A DNA stretch of 64,000 bases, from the NCBI GenBank assembly GCA_022825195.1, contig JAJDYL010000064.1:807-64806 (forward strand), given 5' to 3'. A program made the position numbers and the translations under genes. The notes beneath the pieces were generated by a model. It did no database searches. It saw only the letters and a list, made by a program, of their open reading frames with translations, and was not told the DNA's origin. The DNA is from Alphaproteobacteria bacterium (GTDB lineage Bacteria > Pseudomonadota > Alphaproteobacteria > Bin95). Below are positions 54,272-62,951 of this stretch, piece after piece; the stretch's first letter is position 1; each line of letters begins with the position of its first letter.

Positions 54272-55863
54272 GGGCTTTCGCCGCGCTGCTGGACGGGCTT
54301 GCGTCTGCGCCCTCGCCCGCCGTCCGGGTCCGCCTGATGGCCGACTATCTGGGGCGGGCGCGGGACCCCGAGCGGGGCTGGGCGCTGGCCGTGCTCGCCG
54401 GCGGCCTCGACACCGCCCGCGTCCGGCCGGCGGCCTTCCGTGCGCTTGCGGCGGCGCGGGTGGACGGCGAGCTTCTGCGCCTGTCGCTCGAATTCGTCGG
54501 CGACCCGGTCGAGACGGCCGCGCTCGTCTGGCCGGAAAGCGGGGCTGCGCCCTGCCCGCCGCCGCTCGCCGAGGTCGCGCCCGCGCTCGCCGGCAGCTCG
54601 CGGCAGGCGGCGCCGGGGCTGCTCGCCCGCTGGTTCGACCGTTCGGACATGCCCGTCCGCCGGGCGCTGGCGCATCTCTCCGCCGGGCGTGCGGCCAGGG
54701 ACGTCACGCCGCGCGTCGCGAGAACGGCGCTCGCTTCCGCCTTCGCCGCCGATCTCGGCGCCATCGAGGAAGTCTGGCACGGGCAGGCTCCGCCCTACGG
54801 GCCCCTCTTCGCCTGGCTGGAAGGCCGCGCGCCGCGCCCCGAGACGGTCGCCGGCTTCCGCCCGCTCATGCCGGTCCGCCCGCTCGATGACGCGGCTGCC
54901 GCCGATCTCGATCTCTCCGGCTACCGGGCCGAGCGGCAATGGCCGGGCCTGCGCGTGCAGCTCGTGGCGGAGGCGGGCCGACAACGGCTCTACAGCGGGT
55001 CGGGAGACGATATCTCATCCCGTTTCCCGGACATCGTCGCGGCGATGGAGGGGCTGGAGGGCGTGTTCGACGGTGTGCTGATGGCGGCCTCCGGCCCGGA
55101 CGGCCCGCCCTACGGGCCGGCGCCGCCGGAAGCGCTCGAAAGGCGGCTCGGACGCCGGAGCGCCACGAGCCGGCTGCTCGCGGAACTCCCGGCCTTCGTG
55201 CGCCTTTTCGACCTGCTGTTCGACGGCGCCGACGACATTCGCGCGTTGCCGCTCCGGCAACGGCGGGCGCGGCTCGAAGCGCGGATCGCCGGCCGGCCCC
55301 GCTTCGACCTGTCGCCGCTGCTCGCCCTCGAAGGGCCGGAGGCGCTGGACGCGCCTTCCCGCCGCGGTGTCTCCCTGGTGCTGAAATCCGCCGACGCTCC
55401 CTATCTTCCCGGCGGTTCGTCCTGGCTTGTCCGCAAGGCCGCGCCGCGGACGGTCCGCGCGCTGCTCCTCGCCGTGCGGCCCGGCGGGATCGGGGAACGC
55501 GGCCCGAGCTACAGTGTCGCGCTGCTGCGGGACGGCGCACCGGTTTCCGTCGGCGACGCGCCCTCCCGCCTCGACAAGGCGGAACGCGACCGGCTGGACC
55601 GTTGGATTCGCACCCGCATATCGGGGCGCTACGGCCCCGTCCGCGCCGTCGAGCCGGGGCTCATACTGGAGGTCGTGTTCGAAGCGGTCCGCGCCGCGCC
55701 CCGCCGCAAATCGGGCCTTGCGCTCGTCAGCCCCGAAATACGCCGTATCCTCTGGGACCTGCCGGCGGATGCCGCGGACAGCCTGCAACGATTGACGGCG
55801 CCGGTCAGCCGTCCGCCAGCAGCCGGTCGAGCTTCCCGCTCATCGCCTTCTGGTTCTCGATGA
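54268..55863 (+). CDS. ATP-dependent DNA ligase homolog (ligase-associated DDR cluster) with degenerate motif I
   Basis: Start overlaps exonuclease stop (ATGA); motifs III-VI recognisable (..FDGVLM.., ..LVLKSADAPY.., ..WLVRK..) but motif I reads ERQWPGLRVQ instead of KxDGxR. Confidence 0.75.
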   Translation: MRAFAALLDGLASAPSPAVRVRLMADYLGRARDPERGWALAVLAGGLDTARVRPAAFRALAAARVDGELLRLSLEFVGDPVETAALVWPESGAAPCPPPLAEVAPALAGSSRQAAPGLLARWFDRSDMPVRRALAHLSAGRAARDVTPRVARTALASAFAADLGAIEEVWHGQAPPYGPLFAWLEGRAPRPETVAGFRPLMPVRPLDDAAAADLDLSGYRAERQWPGLRVQLVAEAGRQRLYSGSGDDISSRFPDIVAAMEGLEGVFDGVLMAASGPDGPPYGPAPPEALERRLGRRSATSRLLAELPAFVRLFDLLFDGADDIRALPLRQRRARLEARIAGRPRFDLSPLLALEGPEALDAPSRRGVSLVLKSADAPYLPGGSSWLVRKAAPRTVRALLLAVRPGGIGERGPSYSVALLRDGAPVSVGDAPSRLDKAERDRLDRWIRTRISGRYGPVRAVEPGLILEVVFEAVRAAPRRKSGLALVSPEIRRILWDLPADAADSLQRLTAPVSRPPAAGRASRSSPSGSR

Positions 55864-56188
55864 TCTCGTTCTGGCGCTGCGCCAGACCGGTCACGACCCG
55901 GACGATGTCGTTCTGCCGTTGGATAATCGCTTTCTGATTGATCTCGGCCTGCTCGGCCCGCGTTTCCAGAAGGCCGGCCGACTCGGAGTTCGCCTTGACC
56001 TCAAGCACCAGCCAGCCGAGCGCGCCGAGAAATGCCGCGACGACCACCACCGCCAGCGGATGGCGCGTGAAGTCCGCGGCGGCGTTGGTGCGCCGGTCGA
56101 TCAGGCGCTCTATCGCGTCGAGCTGCGCCGGCGTGAACGGTGCATCGGCCTTGTCCATGAAAGCGCTCTTCTGCAACGACCAAGCCAA
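55805..56188 (-). CDS. Hypothetical single-TM protein with C-terminal coiled coil
   Basis: 127 aa; ..HPLAVVVVAAFLGALGWLVLEV.. then Gln/Glu-rich heptads; 3' end overlaps ligase 3' end by about 59 nt. Confidence 0.45.
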   Translation of the reverse strand: MAWSLQKSAFMDKADAPFTPAQLDAIERLIDRRTNAAADFTRHPLAVVVVAAFLGALGWLVLEVKANSESAGLLETRAEQAEINQKAIIQRQNDIVRVVTGLAQRQNEIIENQKAMSGKLDRLLADG

Positions 56189-56280
56189 TATAACCGAAGC
56201 CGGGCAGGTCCTGCAACGGAAACTGGCGCCGCCGAATCGCGCCGCCTACCATCGGCCGGGACAATTCCTCGCGCGGAGCC

Positions 56281-57330
56281 ATGCGCATGCCCTCTGTCGA
56301 AGCCCCGGACGCCGCCGCAATGTCTGCCCAGGCGGAGCTTCACCACCAGTATCTGCTGGGCCTCGAACTCATGGTGGCCGCGAACGAACGGCCGGAGGTC
56401 GTGGGCGAGTGGATGTGCCGCCTCTTCCGCCGGCTGCATGAGGAGAAGTTCCTTTCGAGCTTCAGGAAACTGGGGCTGGAAGGCCTGCCCGACGCCGTGG
56501 CATGCGCCCGCTATCACACGCTCTCGAATGTCATAGGCGGCGTTCCGGTCGAGTATATGGAGGAGTCCGACCGCAAGGCCTGGGTCCGCTTCCGCTATCC
56601 GCGCTGGATGTTCGACGGGCCGGCGATCTGCGGCATGCCCGTCGAGGCGGGCCGCGGTTTCCTGCTCGGCTGGTATGCGCGGAACGGCAGGGCGCTGAAC
56701 AATCCCCGGCTCGGCTTCGTCTGCGTTTCCGAGGACATGACCGGCCAATTCGGATTTTGCGGCTACTTCAAGGAATATGACCGCGATCTCGCCGACGGCG
56801 AGCGCCTGGTCTTCGCGCCCGATGAACGGCCCCCGCCCTTCGACCCCGACCGGCAGCCGGCCGCGCCCGAGGCCGACTGGAGCGAGGAGCGGCTTGCGAA
56901 GGCCAACCGGAACTATGCGGCGGAATTCATCCGCAACGGCATCCGCGAACTCGCCGCCGCCATCGGCGGGGAAAAGGCGCTGGAGTACGGCAAGCGCGCC
57001 GCGCGGCTGACCGGCCTGCAGCACTATCGCCGGATGGCCGACGCGGTAGGCGGCATCGACGGCGGGCCGAAGGACGCGGCGGACTTCCTCGCCGCCATGT
57101 TCCGGGGCATGGGCGACGGCGTGGACGCGCAGGACGCGGGGGACGGCGCCGTTTCCCTGCGCCAGACCGGGCTCAGGATCGTTCGCGGCCTCGCCGGCCC
57201 GGAGCGCGAGACCCTGCTGGCCTGCTGGATCGAGCTCTGGCAGGGCGCGGTGGCCTCGCACCGGCAATTCATGGAGGTCGAAGTCGCGCCCGACGGTGAC
57301 ACGCTGCTCTGGACGATCCGCCCGTCCTGA
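56281..57330 (+). CDS. Hypothetical protein, Cys-rich, no family recognised
   Basis: 349 aa, strong GC3 codon bias, six Cys (WMCRLF, VACARYH, AICGMPV, FVCVSEDM, FGFCGYF, LACWIEL). Confidence 0.5.
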   Translation: MRMPSVEAPDAAAMSAQAELHHQYLLGLELMVAANERPEVVGEWMCRLFRRLHEEKFLSSFRKLGLEGLPDAVACARYHTLSNVIGGVPVEYMEESDRKAWVRFRYPRWMFDGPAICGMPVEAGRGFLLGWYARNGRALNNPRLGFVCVSEDMTGQFGFCGYFKEYDRDLADGERLVFAPDERPPPFDPDRQPAAPEADWSEERLAKANRNYAAEFIRNGIRELAAAIGGEKALEYGKRAARLTGLQHYRRMADAVGGIDGGPKDAADFLAAMFRGMGDGVDAQDAGDGAVSLRQTGLRIVRGLAGPERETLLACWIELWQGAVASHRQFMEVEVAPDGDTLLWTIRPS

Positions 57331-57426
57331 AACCGGCCGTCCTTGCCCGACGGCAATCTTCGCGCCAGTTTCGATATCCCGGCAACAGGATGGCTTCCGG
57401 GAATTTCGGCGAGGAGGAGAGGCAGC

Positions 57427-58152
57427 ATGGTCAACTGGGTTGAATTCGACAGGGAGCTCGGCGCCACCTTCGTCCGCTATGCGCACATGGTCGCGAGGCG
57501 CGGCTATGTCCACAACACGCTCGGGAACATGGCGGTCCGCAAGCCGCACCCGGAGTTCGAGCACGGCGTGGCCTACACCAAGCATGCCGAGATTTCCCTC
57601 GAGGAGATGAGCATCGACAACATCGTCATCACCGACATCCCGACGAGCCGGCTGCTGCACGGCGAGGCGGTGACGAGCGTCGGCCACAATCTCAACCGCG
57701 AGATACTCAGGCTCCGGCCCGACATCCACGCGGTCATCCACGCCCATCATGACGAGACCATCGCGTTCTTCGGCTCCGGGGCCTTCGAGGAAGTCCGGAT
57801 CCTCTCGCTCGACATGCCGTTCATCCACGGCAAGCCGCCCTACTACCTGCCTGCGGATATCGATGTCGAAACCGATGTCGGCCCGGTCGGGGACTTCATC
57901 GCCGACACCAATTGCGTGGTGCTGCTGGGGCACGGCGTCACGACGCTCGGGCGGACGATCTCCGAGGCGTACCACCGCCTGAATTCCTTCGCCGCCGAGG
58001 TCAGGCGCAACATCGTCGCGGAACATCTCGCCGCGATCAAAGGCAGCAGCCCCAGATACCGGAGCCAGGACGAAATCGACCTCATGCACCGCTTCGCCGA
58101 GCGGATCATCTATCCCGACAGGGCCGAAGCCGTGATGGCGGCGGAAGACTGA
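57427..58152 (+). CDS. Class II aldolase/adducin family protein
   Basis: ..YVHNTLGNMAVR.., ..IHAVIHAHHDETIAFFG.. (metal-binding His cluster); 241 aa; RBS ggaggagagg. Confidence 0.85.
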   Translation: MVNWVEFDRELGATFVRYAHMVARRGYVHNTLGNMAVRKPHPEFEHGVAYTKHAEISLEEMSIDNIVITDIPTSRLLHGEAVTSVGHNLNREILRLRPDIHAVIHAHHDETIAFFGSGAFEEVRILSLDMPFIHGKPPYYLPADIDVETDVGPVGDFIADTNCVVLLGHGVTTLGRTISEAYHRLNSFAAEVRRNIVAEHLAAIKGSSPRYRSQDEIDLMHRFAERIIYPDRAEAVMAAED

Positions 58153-58294
58153 CGAGCCGCCGGGACCGAAACCGCCCGCCGGATGCCGGGCGCCCGGCGC
58201 ACGGGCATCGCGAAGGCCCGGCTTCGAGCGACGGTGCGGAGCACATGGAGCGCATTGACCGCGCCCGGCTGCCGGCCTATGTGGGGACCCCGGC

Positions 58295-58368
58295 GGCGCG
58301 GTGGGAGAGTGGCTATCCATCGGACTGCAAATCCGCTTACACCGGTTCGAATCCGGTCCGCGCCTCCA
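58295..58368 (+). tRNA. tRNA-Cys (GCA)
   Basis: GGCGCGG..tcgga-CTGCAAA-tccgc..accggTTCGAATccggt-CCGCGCC-T-CCA; 7-bp acceptor stem, anticodon loop cuGCAaa, T-loop TTCGAAT; resembles E. coli tRNA-Cys. Confidence 0.8.
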
Positions 58369-58421
58369 GCCCCTCGCCAAGCCCGGAAAGGGCCGCTATA
58401 AGGGCGCGCATTCGGGTCTGT

Positions 58422-58496
58422 TCCGCGGTAGCTCAGTGGTAGAGCGGTCGGCTGTTAACCGATTGGTCGTAGGTTCGAATCCTACCCGCGGAGCCA
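58422..58496 (+). tRNA. tRNA-Asn (GTT)
   Basis: TCCGCGGTAGCTCAGTGGTAGAGCGGTCGGCTGTTAACCGATTGGTCGTAGGTTCGAATCCTACCCGCGGAGCCA; canonical cloverleaf, anticodon loop cuGUUaa. Confidence 0.9.
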
Positions 58497-58512
58497 TCCC
58501 CTCCCCCGCGGT

Positions 58513-59652
58513 TCAAGCAACCACTTCATACAGGGCGTCCACCAGCGCGCTCAGGCGGGGGCTGATGCCGGGGCCGGAATACATGCGGTTGGGCGCGTAG
58601 GCGAAGCCGAGGCCGGCATCCGGGTCCGCAAAGCCGATGGCGCCGCCCGCGCCGGTATGCCCGAAGGCGCGCGGGCTCGGCCCCATCGCCAAGTGACCCG
58701 GCAGGCCCAATATGAAGCCGAGGCCCATGCGCCGCGTGTGTCCCAGCAGCTCCTCCTTGCCGAACCACTGTTCTGCGGTGGCTTCCGCCAGCACCTCCGC
58801 GCTCAACAGGCGCCGGCCGTCGAGCATGCCGCCGGCCGCGAGGCCGTCGAAGAGCCTTGCGACGCTCCGCGCGGTGCCGATGCCGTTGATCGAGGGGATT
58901 TCCGCGCTGCGGAACCGCCCGGTGTTGAAGTCCTCCGGCGGCACCTGCGCCATCGCCCGACACATCAGGGAGTCCGGCTGCGAGCGGTCGAACAGCGTGC
59001 CGGCGGTCTCGCCGAAGAACGCCGCGCACCGCCCGTGCAATGCTGCCGGCAGGCCGATCCAGTAGTCGATGCCGTGCGGTTCGCAGACCTCCTCGGCGAG
59101 GAAACGCCCGAGGCTCCGCCCGTCGGTGCGCCTTATCAACTCGCCGGCCAGATAGCCGAGGGTGACGGAATGGTAGGCGCGCGACCGGCCCGGCGGCGAC
59201 AGCGGCGCCTGCGCCGCCAGCGCCCCGGTCATCGCCTCCCAGTCATAGGCCGCGCCTTCGGGCATGGCCTGCGCGATCGCCGCCAGCCCGGCGCGGTGGT
59301 CGAGCACCCACCGGACCGGGATTTCGGCCTTGCCGGCGGCCGCGAATTCGGGCCAGTAGCGCGCCACCGGCTCGTCCCATGCGATCAGCCCGCGGTCCAC
59401 GGCCATCGCGGCGCAGAGCGCCGTCACCGCCTTGGCGACCGACATCATGCAGACCAGCGTGTCCTCCGCCCAGGGCCGCGTGCGGGCGCTGTCGGCGAAG
59501 CCGCCCCAGAGGTCGATGACCGGCTCGCCGTTCAGGGTCACGGCGACGGCCGCGCCGGCCTCGCCGCGGGCCGCGAAGTTCTCCGCGAACGCATCGGCCA
59601 CCCCGGCGAAACGCTCCTCGCAATGCCCGTTCACCACGCCGGTATCCGTCAC
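58513..59652 (-). CDS. Serine hydrolase, beta-lactamase/transpeptidase-fold family
   Basis: VTDTGVVNGHCEERFAGV.. ..MSVAKAV.. (SxxK) ..; GTG start overlapping upstream stop (GTGA); 379 aa. Confidence 0.8.
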   Translation of the reverse strand: MTDTGVVNGHCEERFAGVADAFAENFAARGEAGAAVAVTLNGEPVIDLWGGFADSARTRPWAEDTLVCMMSVAKAVTALCAAMAVDRGLIAWDEPVARYWPEFAAAGKAEIPVRWVLDHRAGLAAIAQAMPEGAAYDWEAMTGALAAQAPLSPPGRSRAYHSVTLGYLAGELIRRTDGRSLGRFLAEEVCEPHGIDYWIGLPAALHGRCAAFFGETAGTLFDRSQPDSLMCRAMAQVPPEDFNTGRFRSAEIPSINGIGTARSVARLFDGLAAGGMLDGRRLLSAEVLAEATAEQWFGKEELLGHTRRMGLGFILGLPGHLAMGPSPRAFGHTGAGGAIGFADPDAGLGFAYAPNRMYSGPGISPRLSALVDALYEVVA

Positions 59653-60533
59653 CGGTCCTGCCCGCCCTCTTCGACCGCATGGATGAGCGCCGGCCAGTAG
59701 GCGTCGCCGAGGCCCGCAGCGACGGTGCGCTCCAGCAGGCCATGGGCGGTCTCCATGCCCGCGAGCGTCATTCCCGATGCCTCCTTCAGCTCCATCACAT
59801 AGTCGAGGTCCTTCAGCATGTAGCGCGCCGGGAACCGGCCTTCGGGAAAGCTGCCGGGCAGCAGGGCCGTCATGCCGTGCTGGCGGAGCGCGAAGCTGTC
59901 GCAGCCGTGGCTGAACGCCTCGAACAGGCGCTCGCCGTCCACGCCCGCGCGGCGGCCGAGCAGCAGCGCCTCGGCCAGCGCGGTGACGGACTGCGCGAGC
60001 ACCATGTTGAGCAGCAGCTTGGTCACCGCGCCGCTGCCGCTTGCGCCGCAATGCAGCACCGTCCCGGCCATGCAGTCCAGCAGCGGCGCCAGCCGGGCGA
60101 AGGTTTCCTCCTCGGCGCCGACCATGATGCTGATTTCCCGGCCGGCCACCGTCTGCACGGTCCCCGCGACCGGCGCATCGACATAGGCCGCGCCCTTCCC
60201 GGCGAAGGCGGCCGCGAGCTCGCGGGCGAGGTCCAGCGGCACCGTGCTGCAATCGACGATGACGCCGCCGGCGCGGGCGTGCGCCAGCAGCCCGTCTTCG
60301 CCCAGGCAGACGCCGCGAACCTCATCCGCCCCCGGCAGCGACAGGAAGACGGTGTCGCAGCCGCGCGCCACCTGCCCCGCGTCCCCGGCCGCGGCGCACC
60401 CCTGCCGGACGCCGGCGGCGCGGGCTTCGGGGTCGATGTCGTGGACCGTGACCGGCAGGCCGGCGCGCCGGACGAGGTTCCGGCACATGGGCCCGCCCAT
60501 GGCGCCGAGCCCGATGAATCCGAGGGTCGTCAT
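59649..60533 (-). CDS. NAD(P)-dependent oxidoreductase, 3-hydroxyisobutyrate dehydrogenase family
   Basis: MTTLGFIGLGAMGGPMCRNL.. (GxGxxG) ..LLNMVLAQ..; 294 aa. Confidence 0.85.
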   Translation of the reverse strand: MTTLGFIGLGAMGGPMCRNLVRRAGLPVTVHDIDPEARAAGVRQGCAAAGDAGQVARGCDTVFLSLPGADEVRGVCLGEDGLLAHARAGGVIVDCSTVPLDLARELAAAFAGKGAAYVDAPVAGTVQTVAGREISIMVGAEEETFARLAPLLDCMAGTVLHCGASGSGAVTKLLLNMVLAQSVTALAEALLLGRRAGVDGERLFEAFSHGCDSFALRQHGMTALLPGSFPEGRFPARYMLKDLDYVMELKEASGMTLAGMETAHGLLERTVAAGLGDAYWPALIHAVEEGGQDR

Positions 60534-60550
60534 GTCCGCCCCGCTTCCGG

Positions 60551-61540
60551 CTAGCCGTCGATCCGGCGTTCCATCTTTTCGCGCATGTGGTCGCCGGCCA
60601 TGATCGGTCCGTATTTCGGCGGGTTGCCGGCATCGCAGCAGGAGTCCAGGCAGGCGATCTCTGCGTCGTAGTTCGGGTGCAGGAAATAGCCGATGGTCTG
60701 GCGCCGGCTCTCCCCGCGCTGCGCCTCCGGCGGATTGACGACCCGGTGGACGGTGGATTTCCAGCGGTCGTTGGTCCAGCGCTGCATCATGTCGCCGAGA
60801 TTGACCGCCAGCTGCCCCGGACCGGGCCGCACATCCTTCCAGGAGCCGTCCGGCATCAGCGCCTGCAGGCCGCCCGGCGCATCGTTGAAGGCGAGGATCG
60901 TCAGGCTGCCGAAATCGGTGTGCGCGCCGCAGCGCAACTGGCCCGGCTGCGGGTCGTCCTCGATGACGGGATAGTGGTTCGACGGGCAGGTGCTGAAATG
61001 GTCGTCGATCTTGTCGTCGAAGAAGGTCTCGGGGAGCGAGAGGGCCTGGGCGAAAATCCGCATCAGGCGCTGCGCGAGCGCTTCGAACGCTTCGTAGAAC
61101 GCGGTGAGCGCCTCCCGGTAGGCGGCCGGGCGCGCCGGCCAGATATTGTCCGAGTAGAACAGCGGCGCGCCCGGAATGCGGGCGAAGCGGCCGGCGGGCG
61201 GGACCAGGGGGCCGATGAAGAACTGCTCCCGGAGGTCGGGCGGCGTCTCCTGCCCGTAGGTGCGCGCGAGGTTCCGGGTCGCGACGGCGTGGTAGCCGCG
61301 GGGCGCGACCCCGTCTTCCGGCATGAAGCGCGCCTTTTCCTCCGCGGGCAGGTCGAAGAACTCGCGCGAGACCGAGAAGGCGCGGTCGATCACTTCCTGC
61401 GGGACGCCGTGGCCGGAGACGATGAGGAAGCCGACAGTCTCGCAGGCCCAGCCGACCCGCCCGGCCACGTCCCGCCTGTCCCCGGCCGCGCCGGACCGCC
61501 AGGGGCCGAGGTCGATCACCGGAATTGCGTCGACGGCCAT
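60551..61540 (-). CDS. 2OG-Fe(II) oxygenase (isopenicillin-N-synthase-like)
   Basis: MAVDAIPVIDLGPW.., ..CGAHTDFGSLTIL.. (HxD), ..STVHRVVNP..; 329 aa. Confidence 0.8.
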   Translation of the reverse strand: MAVDAIPVIDLGPWRSGAAGDRRDVAGRVGWACETVGFLIVSGHGVPQEVIDRAFSVSREFFDLPAEEKARFMPEDGVAPRGYHAVATRNLARTYGQETPPDLREQFFIGPLVPPAGRFARIPGAPLFYSDNIWPARPAAYREALTAFYEAFEALAQRLMRIFAQALSLPETFFDDKIDDHFSTCPSNHYPVIEDDPQPGQLRCGAHTDFGSLTILAFNDAPGGLQALMPDGSWKDVRPGPGQLAVNLGDMMQRWTNDRWKSTVHRVVNPPEAQRGESRRQTIGYFLHPNYDAEIACLDSCCDAGNPPKYGPIMAGDHMREKMERRIDG

Positions 61541-61663
61541 GCTCGGGGGAGTTCCTTTCCCGGATACGCCACCCGGACAGTGTAGACCGGCGCGCGCGTC
61601 CGTCACAGGCCCGGATGGCCCCCGTTGCGCGGGACACGCGCCGGAGCCTTTCCCGGCAGACGG

Positions 61664-61695
61664 AAAAAGCCGCCTCCCCCGCCGGGGGAGGCGGC
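61664..61695 (-). terminator. Rho-independent terminator downstream of liv-type SBP gene
   Basis: minus strand: gccgcctccccc-gcc-gggggaggcggc followed by UUUUU (forward aaaaa 61664-61668). Confidence 0.6.
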
Positions 61696-61718
61696 CAGTT
61701 TCGGCTATGCCGGCGCGG

Positions 61719-62918
61719 CTATTTGCCGGAGTCGAAGATACCGCCGAAGAGGACCCAGCCGTTGCCGTCGAAGCGCGAGAGCTGAACGGCCTGGACCGGG
61801 TAGAAGTCGTCCGGCGCGGTATTGACCAGAATACCGGGCAGGAGCAACGGCAACTCGATGTCCTTGAGATTCGCCGCGCAGGCCATGATGCCCTCCCGCG
61901 ACAGGTCTTCGCAGCCGTCGAGCATGATGTGCAGCAGTCTGGAGACATTGTAGCCGTACGCATAGTTGGCGTCCGTCAGGTCGGAGCCCGGCATGTGCTT
62001 CTCCATGAAGCCGACCCATTCCTTGAAGCCCGCATCGTCCTGCCACTGCGGATCGACCGGGTCCTTGATGTACTGGGCGGTAATCAGGCCCTTGGAGCAG
62101 TCGAGGCCGGCCGGCGAGAGGGTCGCGCCCACCGAGGAGGACACGTTGTTCAGCAGGTGCACGGGCTTCCATTCGATCTCGCAGGACTTGCGGATCGCCT
62201 GGGCCGCGAATTTCGGGATCGTGATGTTGAAGAAGACATTGGCGCCGCTCTCCTTCATCTTCAGGACCTGACTGTCCACCGTCGGGTCGGTAACCTCGTA
62301 GGGCAGCATGGAGACGACGAGTTCGTCCGCCTTGTCGCCGAGGCCGTGCAGGAAGCCGTCGCGATAGTCCTTCCCGTAATCGTCGTTCTGGAACAGGATC
62401 GCGATCTTCGGGTCCTCGACATTCTCGAGCACATATTTCGCGTAAGTCTCGCCCTCGACGTCATAGGTCGGCTGGAAGCCCATGGTCCAGGGGAACTTGT
62501 CCGGCTGGCCCCACTTGCTGGCGCCCGTTGCGACGAAGAGGTGCGGCACCTTCTTGGCGTTCACATAGCGGTGGATGGCGGAGTTGGTGGGCGTGCCCAG
62601 CGTCTGGAAGAGGAAGGCCACCTGCTCCTGCTCGACCAGCTTGCGGACCTGCTCGACGGTGCGCGGCGGGCTGTAGCCGTCATCCAGCGAGATGAAGTCG
62701 ATCTGGCGGCCCTGGATGCCGCCCATATCGTTCACCATCTTGAAATAGGCGGAGATAGTCTTGCCGATCACGCTGTAGACCGAGGCCGGGCCCGAATAGG
62801 GGTTGGTGTTGCCGATCTTGATCGTGGTGTCGGTGATGCCGGTCATGTCGGCGCCGTGGGCCGTCCCGGCGAGCAGCGCCGCCGCCGCTGCGGCGGCAAG
62901 CATGTTCCTGATGCGCAT
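61719..62918 (-). CDS. Branched-chain amino acid (Liv-type) ABC transporter substrate-binding protein
   Basis: MRIRNMLAAAAAAALLAGTAHGADM signal; ..IKIGNTNPYSGPAS.. type-I PBP; 399 aa. Confidence 0.85.
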   Translation of the reverse strand: MRIRNMLAAAAAAALLAGTAHGADMTGITDTTIKIGNTNPYSGPASVYSVIGKTISAYFKMVNDMGGIQGRQIDFISLDDGYSPPRTVEQVRKLVEQEQVAFLFQTLGTPTNSAIHRYVNAKKVPHLFVATGASKWGQPDKFPWTMGFQPTYDVEGETYAKYVLENVEDPKIAILFQNDDYGKDYRDGFLHGLGDKADELVVSMLPYEVTDPTVDSQVLKMKESGANVFFNITIPKFAAQAIRKSCEIEWKPVHLLNNVSSSVGATLSPAGLDCSKGLITAQYIKDPVDPQWQDDAGFKEWVGFMEKHMPGSDLTDANYAYGYNVSRLLHIMLDGCEDLSREGIMACAANLKDIELPLLLPGILVNTAPDDFYPVQAVQLSRFDGNGWVLFGGIFDSGK

Positions 62919-62951
62919 GAGTCGATTTCTCCCTTTCGTTGAGAATTGGCT

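Noticed and set aside
58183-58600. Two small plus-strand ORFs (72 and 99 aa) over the tRNA region
   Set aside because: They overlap tRNA-Cys and tRNA-Asn; sequence folds as canonical tRNAs
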